From contig JAVLKG010000005.1 in assembly GCA_032128875.1 (NCBI GenBank), forward strand, positions 480,001-544,000: 64,000 nt of DNA. Reading direction: 5' to 3'. Below are positions 20,507-29,201 of this stretch, piece by piece; positions within the stretch are counted from its first letter, which is position 1; every line of letters starts with the position of its first letter. A model generated the notes under the pieces. It was not told where the DNA came from, did no database searches, and saw only the letters and a program-made list of their open reading frames with translations. This DNA is from Candidatus Melainabacteria bacterium 17Bon1m (lineage in GTDB: Bacteria > Cyanobacteriota > Vampirovibrionia > Obscuribacterales > Obscuribacteraceae). The position numbers were made by a program, and so were the translations under genes.

Positions 20507-22213
20507 GTGCAAAGTACCGCCGACGATTCTCCAGACAAGACGGATGTCTCTTTAGCAGAGCCGCAAGCGAGTCGCCGCTCTCTAAGCCTTTCTGTAGCTT
20601 GTGCGCTGGTAGTATCGCTGCTCTTTTCCAGCTTGCTTTTCTATTGGTACTGCCTAGATAACAGGCAGCCGTCAATGGACGAAGCCGGGCATATCCTTTG
20701 TGCCTTCAAATACACTGACCTTTTCAACCACCCTCACATTCTCAAGCTCTGGTGGTACAAGAAGCTTCTCACGGTCAACAATTTCTATCCGCCGGCTGTC
20801 TACGCCTTCAACGGAATGCTGAAGCTTTGCTTGGGTCCGGCCCATTTTGTCGATTGCCTTTCGCTTTGCATTTACGACTTCATTCTGACTATTTCAGTCT
20901 TTGCTACGGCGTTGCTTTTGACCGGTAGGCGGTTGGCAGGAATTTTTGCTGCGATAGTCGTCAATCTGTACAGTGAGCTGATTTTCTTGAGCCACACGTA
21001 TTTGCTCGACTTTCAAGTGGCTGCCATGATTTCGGTCGGTGTTCTATCGCTTGTGTGGTGGAGCAAAAAGCCTGATTGGAAAAGAACAGCTGTCTGCAGC
21101 CTTGCGCTGACTCTTGTTTTGGCGACTAAGCAAGTTGCCGGTGCCTTCCTGGCTGGTCCAGGCTTCTATTACCTTTTGACACTCTTAATCCGCAAGCCAC
21201 CCGGCTGGAAGCTGCAAATCGTCCAATTGATTAGCATGGCAGTGATTGCCGTCTTGCTTATGGTTCCGTGGGCAGTGGCAAGCTATGGATTTATCTCGGA
21301 ATTTGCTGAGACAAACAAAAAGGTGATCACCTCCACTGAAGGCGCTATTACACTTCCGCAGGCATTGCAGCGTGGCATTCGATATTACTCGTTTGCGCTG
21401 CCGCAGATGATGACGCCGCTTCTTTTAGCTTATGCTGCCGCTGCATTTTGCTTTATTGGAAAGGCTTTGCATTTGCGCCTTTTGCCTGTTCTTTTGACTG
21501 CTGCAGGCGTCCTCATAATCAGTCTATTGCCCTGGCAGTACCCACATCATCGCTATATTGCGGGCGCTTTGATTGTCCCTGCAATTTACACAGGAGCACT
21601 GTTCTTGCGGATGTGGGATTTCAAATTCAAGCCCTTTGCTCCACTTTCCAAAATTGTGGTTTGTGCGCTGGTTGCGCTCGGGCTGCTGCAATACTTTTCG
21701 CTCTGTTTCTTCCCCTATCCTTTTAGCCAGCCCGCTTTCATGTCCGGTCTCTCTGACGCTCTGGATGCGAAATCAAGTTCGATGGGCACTAGTGACAAAG
21801 GAAAAGCAAATCCGGTGCCATTCCAAGACTGGGGACACAAGTGGGTTTTAGAAACGATCGCCAAACGCGATCCTGATCAGGCTGTGTGGTTGAACGTTAT
21901 GGCTAACCATGTTGAATACAACCCGCATACTTTTACATTGATGGGTAAGGCGATCGGAAGTGCAGTCAGACCTACTAGCTCCCGCACCTGGACTGTTCTA
22001 GGTGACACAGTCACTTACAGCCCGGAGTCGGCTTTGTATTATCAGTGGTATTTGCTCAAGTCCGGATATGCTGGGCTGCGCTTGCTAAATCCCGAGTCGG
22101 AGAAAGCAAATGCCGACATACTGAAATTTGTAAAAGAGTCGGGCAAATTTGAGCTGATCGCTGAAAAGAAAGTGCCTGACGGCAGCGAGATATTGCTGTA
22201 CAGGCAGAAGTAG
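20507..22213 (+). CDS. ArnT/GT39-like membrane glycosyltransferase
   Basis: PSMDEAGH, FYPP, YLLDF, LATKQ, PW, RY motifs with multiple TM segments. Confidence 0.75.
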   Translation: MQSTADDSPDKTDVSLAEPQASRRSLSLSVACALVVSLLFSSLLFYWYCLDNRQPSMDEAGHILCAFKYTDLFNHPHILKLWWYKKLLTVNNFYPPAVYAFNGMLKLCLGPAHFVDCLSLCIYDFILTISVFATALLLTGRRLAGIFAAIVVNLYSELIFLSHTYLLDFQVAAMISVGVLSLVWWSKKPDWKRTAVCSLALTLVLATKQVAGAFLAGPGFYYLLTLLIRKPPGWKLQIVQLISMAVIAVLLMVPWAVASYGFISEFAETNKKVITSTEGAITLPQALQRGIRYYSFALPQMMTPLLLAYAAAAFCFIGKALHLRLLPVLLTAAGVLIISLLPWQYPHHRYIAGALIVPAIYTGALFLRMWDFKFKPFAPLSKIVVCALVALGLLQYFSLCFFPYPFSQPAFMSGLSDALDAKSSSMGTSDKGKANPVPFQDWGHKWVLETIAKRDPDQAVWLNVMANHVEYNPHTFTLMGKAIGSAVRPTSSRTWTVLGDTVTYSPESALYYQWYLLKSGYAGLRLLNPESEKANADILKFVKESGKFELIAEKKVPDGSEILLYRQK

Positions 22214-22217
22214 AATG

Positions 22218-23606
22218 CTACTTGCTTCCTGCTGTTTCGCGATTGCGGAATTTTTTCAGCCAGTGAGAAACTCGAAATCTGAACGAACGCACGAATAGTA
22301 AGTCATAGAGCCATTGATCGAGCCCTTTTGTTATTGAACGCCCTTGCAAAATCACATTCTGCATGCGCTCGATTTTTTGTTTTCGCCTGCTTGTTTTGAA
22401 CTCTTCGATAGCATCTTGGTAGTTTTTGACTATTCTGTCAGCGTTGGATTTGCGGCAATGATTGGCAAGGATATACTTGCGTGCCTCGGTTGCGAGCTTG
22501 GTGCGCAATTGCTCGTCTTTGAGCAACTCGACTAATTTCGCTGCCACTGCACCAACGGTGAAATCAGCCGGCTGGTGTAAAAACTCATTGTTGGAAAGAA
22601 AATCTAGATTTGAGCAGTTGCTTTCTATAACGATTGGTTTTCCACAAGAAAGTGGTTCCAACACCGCATAAGGAGCCAGGCTCTTCCAGTCGAGAACAAG
22701 GCCGCAAACACTGTTGCGCCATAGACCGGGCATCAGTAACCGCGACATCATGTGATTGATTACCATGTCGCACTGGATGCCGGATTGGGCAAGAGCAGCT
22801 TTCATTTCGCTCTCGCTGCTCTCTGAATAGATATCGTGAGCGACGATTGTCAGCCAGAGATCTGGGATTTCCTTTTTGACTGCGGTGACTATTTCGCTGA
22901 CGAGACTTTTGTATTTGTCAGATTCTATGGAAGTGTGGATAAGTAGAGCTGGTCTGCCTTTTGTATCGATTGCCAAAGGACCTTCCGGAGAGAAATCGGC
23001 GGTGTTGAGTGAGTAATTGCTGCGGTGGATTTGTTCGCCTTTTCCATTTTCAGTATTGACCTTCGGATTACCGATGGTTGTGACAGCTGTGGTGCTATTA
23101 GCCGAAAGCGAGCGCAGCGTGCTGGAAATCAACTTCTCAAACTTAAATCCGGAGTCGCCAATCAAGTCCAGTTCTCTCGACAAAAATGCCGGAGGGTTGT
23201 CGTATACGCGAGCCACAACCGGGCAGTCAGACATTATCGAAGCGACAAGACTTTCTGCAGAAAATTCTGCTACATCGACGATATCGAAATCCGTTGTTTC
23301 GCTGGCTTTTAAAAATGCCTGCCAGGATGACAGGTTGAGATTCATCAGCACTCTTGCTTGCGGCAGAGAGTTGGCGACCAGGCTGCTGTTGCTGCCATGG
23401 CTGCGCCAATCCGTGCGAATCACTTTCAATCCGTCTTGAACGGTTTCAGCCACGTGCTTTTCAGCGCAGGCAATAACCTCGACCTGGCATCCCCTTTGAT
23501 AAAGTTCTTCCGCCAATTCCATCGCATCGCGCCCTGGTCCGTACCAGCCGAAATCCGGCGGGAAGTGCGGCGTTATCATGCAAACTTTGAGTGGTTCTTT
23601 GTGCAT
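22218..23606 (-). CDS. GT4-like protein with degenerate donor-binding motifs
   Basis: LKVCMITPHFPP..ELAEEL..GCQVEVI N-domain; APYAVLEPLSCGKPIV C-domain. Confidence 0.75.
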   Translation of the reverse strand: MHKEPLKVCMITPHFPPDFGWYGPGRDAMELAEELYQRGCQVEVIACAEKHVAETVQDGLKVIRTDWRSHGSNSSLVANSLPQARVLMNLNLSSWQAFLKASETTDFDIVDVAEFSAESLVASIMSDCPVVARVYDNPPAFLSRELDLIGDSGFKFEKLISSTLRSLSANSTTAVTTIGNPKVNTENGKGEQIHRSNYSLNTADFSPEGPLAIDTKGRPALLIHTSIESDKYKSLVSEIVTAVKKEIPDLWLTIVAHDIYSESSESEMKAALAQSGIQCDMVINHMMSRLLMPGLWRNSVCGLVLDWKSLAPYAVLEPLSCGKPIVIESNCSNLDFLSNNEFLHQPADFTVGAVAAKLVELLKDEQLRTKLATEARKYILANHCRKSNADRIVKNYQDAIEEFKTSRRKQKIERMQNVILQGRSITKGLDQWLYDLLFVRSFRFRVSHWLKKFRNRETAGSK

Positions 23607-23612
23607 CGTCTC

Positions 23613-24500
23613 TTAGTTGTTCACCGCAAGAACATCGTAGATTTCCGCTTGTGGAAGTGAAACTCGCTTGAGCGTTGCGAATGTCTTTCTGTCGACCACG
23701 GCTAATTGTGCAGAAGGTATGCACTCATCGCCGTCTTTTGTATCGGCTCGGTGACGCAGGCTGCTCAAGCCCACGTAGATTTTGTCTTTTATGATTTCCA
23801 TTCCGCGTGGAAAAGTGCCTGGAAAGGAGATCATCTTCTTTTCGTCTTTGTTGTGATAGCTGACGCCTTCACCACGAGAATCGCATACATAGACGGCACC
23901 GTTTTCGTCGCGTCGAGGCGTGTGTGGCGCGGAATAACCGTCGAAAAGAGTCTCGCGCGTTTTCACATCATAGAGAATTCCAGAACCCTGGGTGCGACCT
24001 TTGTAACCTCTGTAAGTAGTGAATTTGCCGAAAGCCGTTGCCACTAATCTGCCGTCCCAAACATCAAGGCAGTTGATGTGGCAGGAATCTCCGTATCCAT
24101 GCATTGGCCAGCTTTCGCGCACTCGTCCGGTCATATCTACAATGGCTACTTCGTTGGTACCGGTCGAAACAACGTAAAGCTGATCGTCAATTATGCGCAC
24201 ATCATGGATGTCACCTAATTTACTGCTGATTATTGTTTGCACCGGTTTACCGGGCTCGTAAATGAGCAGGTTCATGCAAGAAGCTGACATGACTGAAACG
24301 TAGAGCTTGTTGCCCTCCAGCCATAATCCGCTGCATCCTGGCAAGGAGAAGCAATATGCTTTGCCCTTCTCAAGCAATACCAGTCCGTCTTTCTCGCCTG
24401 AGTTCGGAATAGAAATTAGGAGTGTATCGTCGATACCCTCGTATTCGGTTGATTCCAAGACTTCGCACGGAATCGTTGATTTCAAAAACTCAGTAAGCAA
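23613..24500 (-). CDS. DUF4915/TIGR03032-like beta-propeller protein
   Basis: DIHDV, DSCHINCL, APHTPR, FPRGM, YVGLS, EIYDV motifs. Confidence 0.7.
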   Translation of the reverse strand: MLTEFLKSTIPCEVLESTEYEGIDDTLLISIPNSGEKDGLVLLEKGKAYCFSLPGCSGLWLEGNKLYVSVMSASCMNLLIYEPGKPVQTIISSKLGDIHDVRIIDDQLYVVSTGTNEVAIVDMTGRVRESWPMHGYGDSCHINCLDVWDGRLVATAFGKFTTYRGYKGRTQGSGILYDVKTRETLFDGYSAPHTPRRDENGAVYVCDSRGEGVSYHNKDEKKMISFPGTFPRGMEIIKDKIYVGLSSLRHRADTKDGDECIPSAQLAVVDRKTFATLKRVSLPQAEIYDVLAVNN

Positions 24501-24689
24501 CTGTGTCTACCCTGGCATGTCCCGCTTGGCGGCAATCGAGGCGCCTGGAGACTCTATATCGTCAGTCGCGCACAATTGTATCAACTGGCGATCACCGGCA
24601 ATTGTCGGTAATGTGATTATGTTCTGAACTATCGCTTCAGCTGGTTAAACTTTTTCCATGTTCTATACGTGTATATGGATATATAGAGG

Positions 24690-25985
24690 TCAGATAGCTT
24701 CGACTGTTTCATCTCCCGCCTCTGCGGCGGCTTTTTTGCGGCGGGCGCCATTTTCATCGGTCAGTTCGAGCGATATCTCATTCATGATTTCTCTTGCTTT
24801 ACCCATCAATCGCTCCTTTCTTTCCGGGGCTATTTCTGCCAGGTAAGTATCAAGTGCCACCATGGGCGATGACACTACTGATTCATTCAACTGCGGCAGA
24901 CGAGCCCGCGAGTGGCTGACTATAATTTCCGGCAGAAATTTCGCTGAAAGCGCGGAACTCGCGGCTTTTCGCAGTAAGTCTTCTCGCACATCGGGCAATT
25001 GGGTTTGATCGATTTTATAGCGCAGGCGCAGTACGCAGCCTGGCAAAATGCCTGTTTGAATCTTTTTCACCAGGTCTGCAGTTGGGTCTTCGGACTTCGT
25101 GACGTCAATGTCCAGAGTAATAAAAGGGCGAGGATTCACTGATATGAAGCGCCACTTTGTATTGCCTCTTTCCAGATCTACATGGATAAATCCTTTGTCC
25201 TGGCTTTCCTCTCCAAAGTCGACTCTTTCAAGGCTGCCTGAGTAAACGATGATCGGGTGGTTTTCTTTAATGGTTTGGAATTTGTGCACGTGCCCCAAGG
25301 CGACATAATCTACTTTCGGATGGACAAAAATGTCTGTTGGAAAAGTCTGCGTGTACCCGATAAGAAGTTCCTCTTCAATGCCTGCAGTGGCGGTATCTAC
25401 AGTCATGTGAGCAGTCACAACCGTGGCAATGTCCGGATCTAAATCCTGGAAATAGCCTGCCAGAAGCAGCCGAACATGATCGACAAGAATTCTATCCAGC
25501 TCTCTTGCCGACTTATCCGCATATTTATCCAGCGTCATGAGCTGGTGCTTGGTGAGATGCGGCAACCCCACCAACTGCATTGGTCCATTTTTTGTTTCTA
25601 GTTTGATTGAAACAGGCTGATCGACGGTGATAACGCCTGGTACTTCTAGACTTTGGAAGACGGAAAGAGAATGACTCGTTGTAGAACGAAGAATCTGATC
25701 GTGATTGCCGACGACAAGAATTGTCTGGATGTCGGCTTGAGACAGGCGACGCAACTGCCGCGCAAACATCTTTTGATAAACGGGCTCAGGTGACGCATTT
25801 CGGTAAGCGTCCCCAGAAAAAAGAAACACGTCCACCTTGTTTTCGATCGCGTGGTCGACAACTCTGGAAAGTGCTTCAACGAAGTCCTCGAAGCGAATGT
25901 TTAAGCCCGTGACCGGGTTCACCCGACCGTGCGATTCGCCGGAGCCGAAGTGAATATCTGAGACATGGACTAAAGAAGGGGGCAT
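24690..25985 (-). CDS. sbcD: Exonuclease SbcD (Mre11-type metallophosphoesterase)
   Basis: HVSDIHFG, GDAY, GNHD, YVALGHVH, YSGSLERVDFGE. Confidence 0.92.
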   Translation of the reverse strand: MPPSLVHVSDIHFGSGESHGRVNPVTGLNIRFEDFVEALSRVVDHAIENKVDVFLFSGDAYRNASPEPVYQKMFARQLRRLSQADIQTILVVGNHDQILRSTTSHSLSVFQSLEVPGVITVDQPVSIKLETKNGPMQLVGLPHLTKHQLMTLDKYADKSARELDRILVDHVRLLLAGYFQDLDPDIATVVTAHMTVDTATAGIEEELLIGYTQTFPTDIFVHPKVDYVALGHVHKFQTIKENHPIIVYSGSLERVDFGEESQDKGFIHVDLERGNTKWRFISVNPRPFITLDIDVTKSEDPTADLVKKIQTGILPGCVLRLRYKIDQTQLPDVREDLLRKAASSALSAKFLPEIIVSHSRARLPQLNESVVSSPMVALDTYLAEIAPERKERLMGKAREIMNEISLELTDENGARRKKAAAEAGDETVEAI

Positions 25986-26208
25986 GATCCTGGGATTCCT
26001 TCGGGGTGGCTGAATTGCTTTGCCGCTAATCAAGCATTATAAGCAACGATACGATGTAAAGGGTTGTTCTTGGCTGTAGGAAATTCCCAAAGATGAGCGC
26101 GTTTTTCTCTAAGATGCCGATAGTGGAATATTTCTAACCCCTGATAAACACACAATTTCACCTTTTGCTGCGAAAATCTGCTTCTGCTGTCGCGGCACGC
26201 ATGGTGCA

Positions 26209-26958
26209 GTGCGATGCCGGTTTGTATTTGAGTACGCGGGCGCACATTACGCACCCCTGAGTATCGTGGGCGAAAACCATCTTGTTTCGATAATCCTTCC
26301 GGTCTGCAATCAAGCAGACCATATTGAGCCGATTATCAATGAATACGTAAAAGCGCTTGAAAAAGTTCAATCTGCTTACGAAATAATTCTCGTTACTAAT
26401 GGCTGCAAGGATGGGTCGGCTGAAGTTTGTCGGCGGCTTGCCGAGATTAATCCTTCCATTCGTAGCATCGATAGCGAGAGCGGCGGCTGGGGGCTGGCTG
26501 TGCGTTTAGGTCTGAAGGAATCAAAAGGCGATCTCATTTGTTACACCAATTCGGCGCGCACCTCTCCTGAGCATCTGGTATTGCACATCTTGTATTCGAT
26601 TGTCTTTCCTTCAGTCGTTGTTAAAGCCAACCGCAAAATTCGCGACAATTGGCGCCGCCGCCTTGGTTCGCTCATATATAATCTCGAATGCCGAGCCTTC
26701 TTCGATTTGCCCACCTGGGATATTAATGGCACACCGAAAGTGTTTCCACGTCATTTTGAAAAATTGATGGCACTCAAACGAGATGACGATCTCATAGACG
26801 CGGAATTCAACTGGATCTGCAGGAAGGAAGGATATCCGGTCATCGAAGTGCCTGTGCTTTCCACCAAGCGTCACGGTGGAAAATCCACCACAAACTATGG
26901 CTCTGCGCTCAAAATGTATTGGGGCGCATATCAATTGTGGAGTGAGGGCAAAAACTGA
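26209..26958 (+). CDS. Small GT2 glycosyltransferase (polyprenol-phosphate glycosyltransferase-like)
   Basis: SIILPVCNQ, GWGLAVRLGL, DINGTPKVF, EVPV..RHGGKS; start may be GTG at 26266. Confidence 0.85.
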   Translation: MRCRFVFEYAGAHYAPLSIVGENHLVSIILPVCNQADHIEPIINEYVKALEKVQSAYEIILVTNGCKDGSAEVCRRLAEINPSIRSIDSESGGWGLAVRLGLKESKGDLICYTNSARTSPEHLVLHILYSIVFPSVVVKANRKIRDNWRRRLGSLIYNLECRAFFDLPTWDINGTPKVFPRHFEKLMALKRDDDLIDAEFNWICRKEGYPVIEVPVLSTKRHGGKSTTNYGSALKMYWGAYQLWSEGKN

Positions 26959-28247
26959 TGGCGCGCACATCCTCTCGTTCCAAATCTGATGAACTGGAGG
27001 GTCTTTGGGCGCGTCACAGCGCAGAGTGGCGTGATACCGCGCAGATAGCAAGTTTTTGGAAAGAGGCAGGCAACACCGATCCAGAACTCTTAAAACACAA
27101 AGTGAAAGGTGACTTCTTCGGGCTTTTGAGCAAGCTCAGAATTTCGTTGCTTGTCAGTCGTGAGTACGAGCATTTACTTTTGTGTTTGTCCTCAGATGCC
27201 GGAAAGCCGCAAATTTCTTACTTCCCTTTGCCTCATCCGTCCGGCGTGACTGTCGATCACGTTCGAAAAAGCGTATATGTGGCCAGCACGCGCAATCCTA
27301 ACCAATTATTGGAAATGCGCCCACTGTCCGGGTTTCTTCCTCGACTTGATGTCGAATCGGAATGGCGACCGGGTATACCCTGCCCGCTAATAATCACTCG
27401 CAGTTTGTATTTGCCTGGTTGTGTGTATATGCACGATCTGGCGCTTATTAACGGTGTTTTGCACGGCAATGCTGTTGGTCATAACGCTGTCATTTCTATA
27501 GATTTTTCAGATGGTTTCAAAAGAGTCTGGTGGCCCAAGTGTATTGAGAATGAGAGGGGACCAGTGTTTGAGCAAAACCACATTCAACTCAATTCGATAG
27601 CTGCAGGAAAGACGCTGAAGGATTCTTTCTTCTCCGCTTCGTCCACCAGTCTTGCAAAACTTAGACCAGGGCACGAGAAATACCCCGTCGACCGTCGCGG
27701 GGTGATTTTTTCAGGACGCACAAGAGAGCCGGTGTGCACCGGATTAACGCGCCCGCACTCTGCTCGCTTGAACGGCAAACAGTTGTTTGTTGATAATTCC
27801 GGATATGGTGAATTGGTCCGAGTGACCGATGGGAAGCCGGAAGTTGTCGCACGCCTGGGAGGCTGGACGAGAGGGTTGTGTATTAGCGGCGATATTGCAT
27901 TCGTTGGGACTTCGCGTGTTATCCCCAGATTTAAGCAATACGCGCCTGGGCTCGAGGTAGAAAAGAGTATCTGCGGAGTGCACGCCATCAGTTTGAAGAC
28001 TGGAAAAGTACTGGCCAGCTTGACGTGGGCATCCGGTAATCAAATTTTTGCTGTCGAATGCATGCCTGAGAGCTTGTCGACTGCACTACCTTTTTCTTTG
28101 AAACGTAACAGCGAGCGAGAGAAGTTTGTTTTCTACGCATTTGAGACTGATTCTGCACCCTCTGGCAAAAGAATGAAGCCGCATAAATCGACATCTGCGG
28201 TGAAAACTGGTAGATCTTCTAAGACTTTCGGTGAGGCAAAAAAATGA
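26958..28247 (+). CDS. TIGR03032/DUF4915-family protein
   Basis: MHDL, WWPKCI, HIQLNSIA, GLTRPHSAR, LGGWTRGL, AFVGTSRV motifs. Confidence 0.8.
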   Translation: MARTSSRSKSDELEGLWARHSAEWRDTAQIASFWKEAGNTDPELLKHKVKGDFFGLLSKLRISLLVSREYEHLLLCLSSDAGKPQISYFPLPHPSGVTVDHVRKSVYVASTRNPNQLLEMRPLSGFLPRLDVESEWRPGIPCPLIITRSLYLPGCVYMHDLALINGVLHGNAVGHNAVISIDFSDGFKRVWWPKCIENERGPVFEQNHIQLNSIAAGKTLKDSFFSASSTSLAKLRPGHEKYPVDRRGVIFSGRTREPVCTGLTRPHSARLNGKQLFVDNSGYGELVRVTDGKPEVVARLGGWTRGLCISGDIAFVGTSRVIPRFKQYAPGLEVEKSICGVHAISLKTGKVLASLTWASGNQIFAVECMPESLSTALPFSLKRNSEREKFVFYAFETDSAPSGKRMKPHKSTSAVKTGRSSKTFGEAKK

Positions 28248-29194
28248 CCAGCGATTTTCGTTTATTGATGCTGTCTGCAATGTATGAGAATGGCGGCAAT
28301 ACCACTCACCGTTTTCTCGATGGGCACCCGCAACTTTACGTTTATCCTTATGAGTCTCAACCTGGAACCCGCCTGGTAAACGACCATCTCAGTTCGATGT
28401 TTCCGGTCAAGTATCGCTGGCCCTCATTCGCATTGGATGCAAGCCCTGCAGAAGATTACAAAGCGATTATTGACGAAGAGTGCAAAGTGCGCGCGTTGAC
28501 TCCAAAAGTCAGCAAGTTCAGACATATGCCATTCGATTTTTCCGACCAAGAGCGTCAAAGACTTTACGTCGAGCACGTTGTAAGAACCGGTCGTTCACGG
28601 GCAAACAATATGGCGGCATTTTTCCAAGCAACCTTCGAGGCGTGGAAAGACTACAAGCGCAGTGGGCGCGAAGCTGTCTATGTTGGCTACAGCCCGATCA
28701 TCGTCGTCGATGCAGAAAAGATTTTGACTGATATGCCTAATAGTCACGTGCTTCACGTGGTTCGCAATCCGTGGTCTGCATATGCTGACACTAAGAAGCG
28801 CCCGGTGCCTCATTCCCTGCAGCATTACATGTTGGGTTGGACGCTTAATCAATATCATGCATTGATGTACCAAGAGAAATTCCCAGATCGCATGCACATC
28901 GTGAGAGCAGAAGATGTAATGGAAGATCCTAAGAAAACTCTAGGTGCGGTGCTGGAGAAGATGGGATTGGAAACATCCGATACGCTCAAAGCGCCTACTT
29001 GGAACGGCGAAAAACTGGAAGAAATCTTCCCCTGGGGAACGATCCGTAAAGCTACACCAGAAGCCAATATCGCAACTGCAAACGAGCTTTCGAAAGAAGA
29101 AAAGGAAGCGATTGCTGCTTATACTTTCCAATATCTCGATGTATTCGACTACAGATCGATCCTCGAGAAAAAGCTTTTGATTGCTGCGAAGTAA
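28244..29194 (+). CDS. Sulfotransferase-family protein
   Basis: GGNTTHRFLDGHPQL 5'-PSB-like loop, HVVRNPWSAYAD 3'-PB motif, VRAEDVMEDP. Confidence 0.8.
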   Translation: MTSDFRLLMLSAMYENGGNTTHRFLDGHPQLYVYPYESQPGTRLVNDHLSSMFPVKYRWPSFALDASPAEDYKAIIDEECKVRALTPKVSKFRHMPFDFSDQERQRLYVEHVVRTGRSRANNMAAFFQATFEAWKDYKRSGREAVYVGYSPIIVVDAEKILTDMPNSHVLHVVRNPWSAYADTKKRPVPHSLQHYMLGWTLNQYHALMYQEKFPDRMHIVRAEDVMEDPKKTLGAVLEKMGLETSDTLKAPTWNGEKLEEIFPWGTIRKATPEANIATANELSKEEKEAIAAYTFQYLDVFDYRSILEKKLLIAAK

Positions 29195-29201
29195 GGGCTA
29201 A

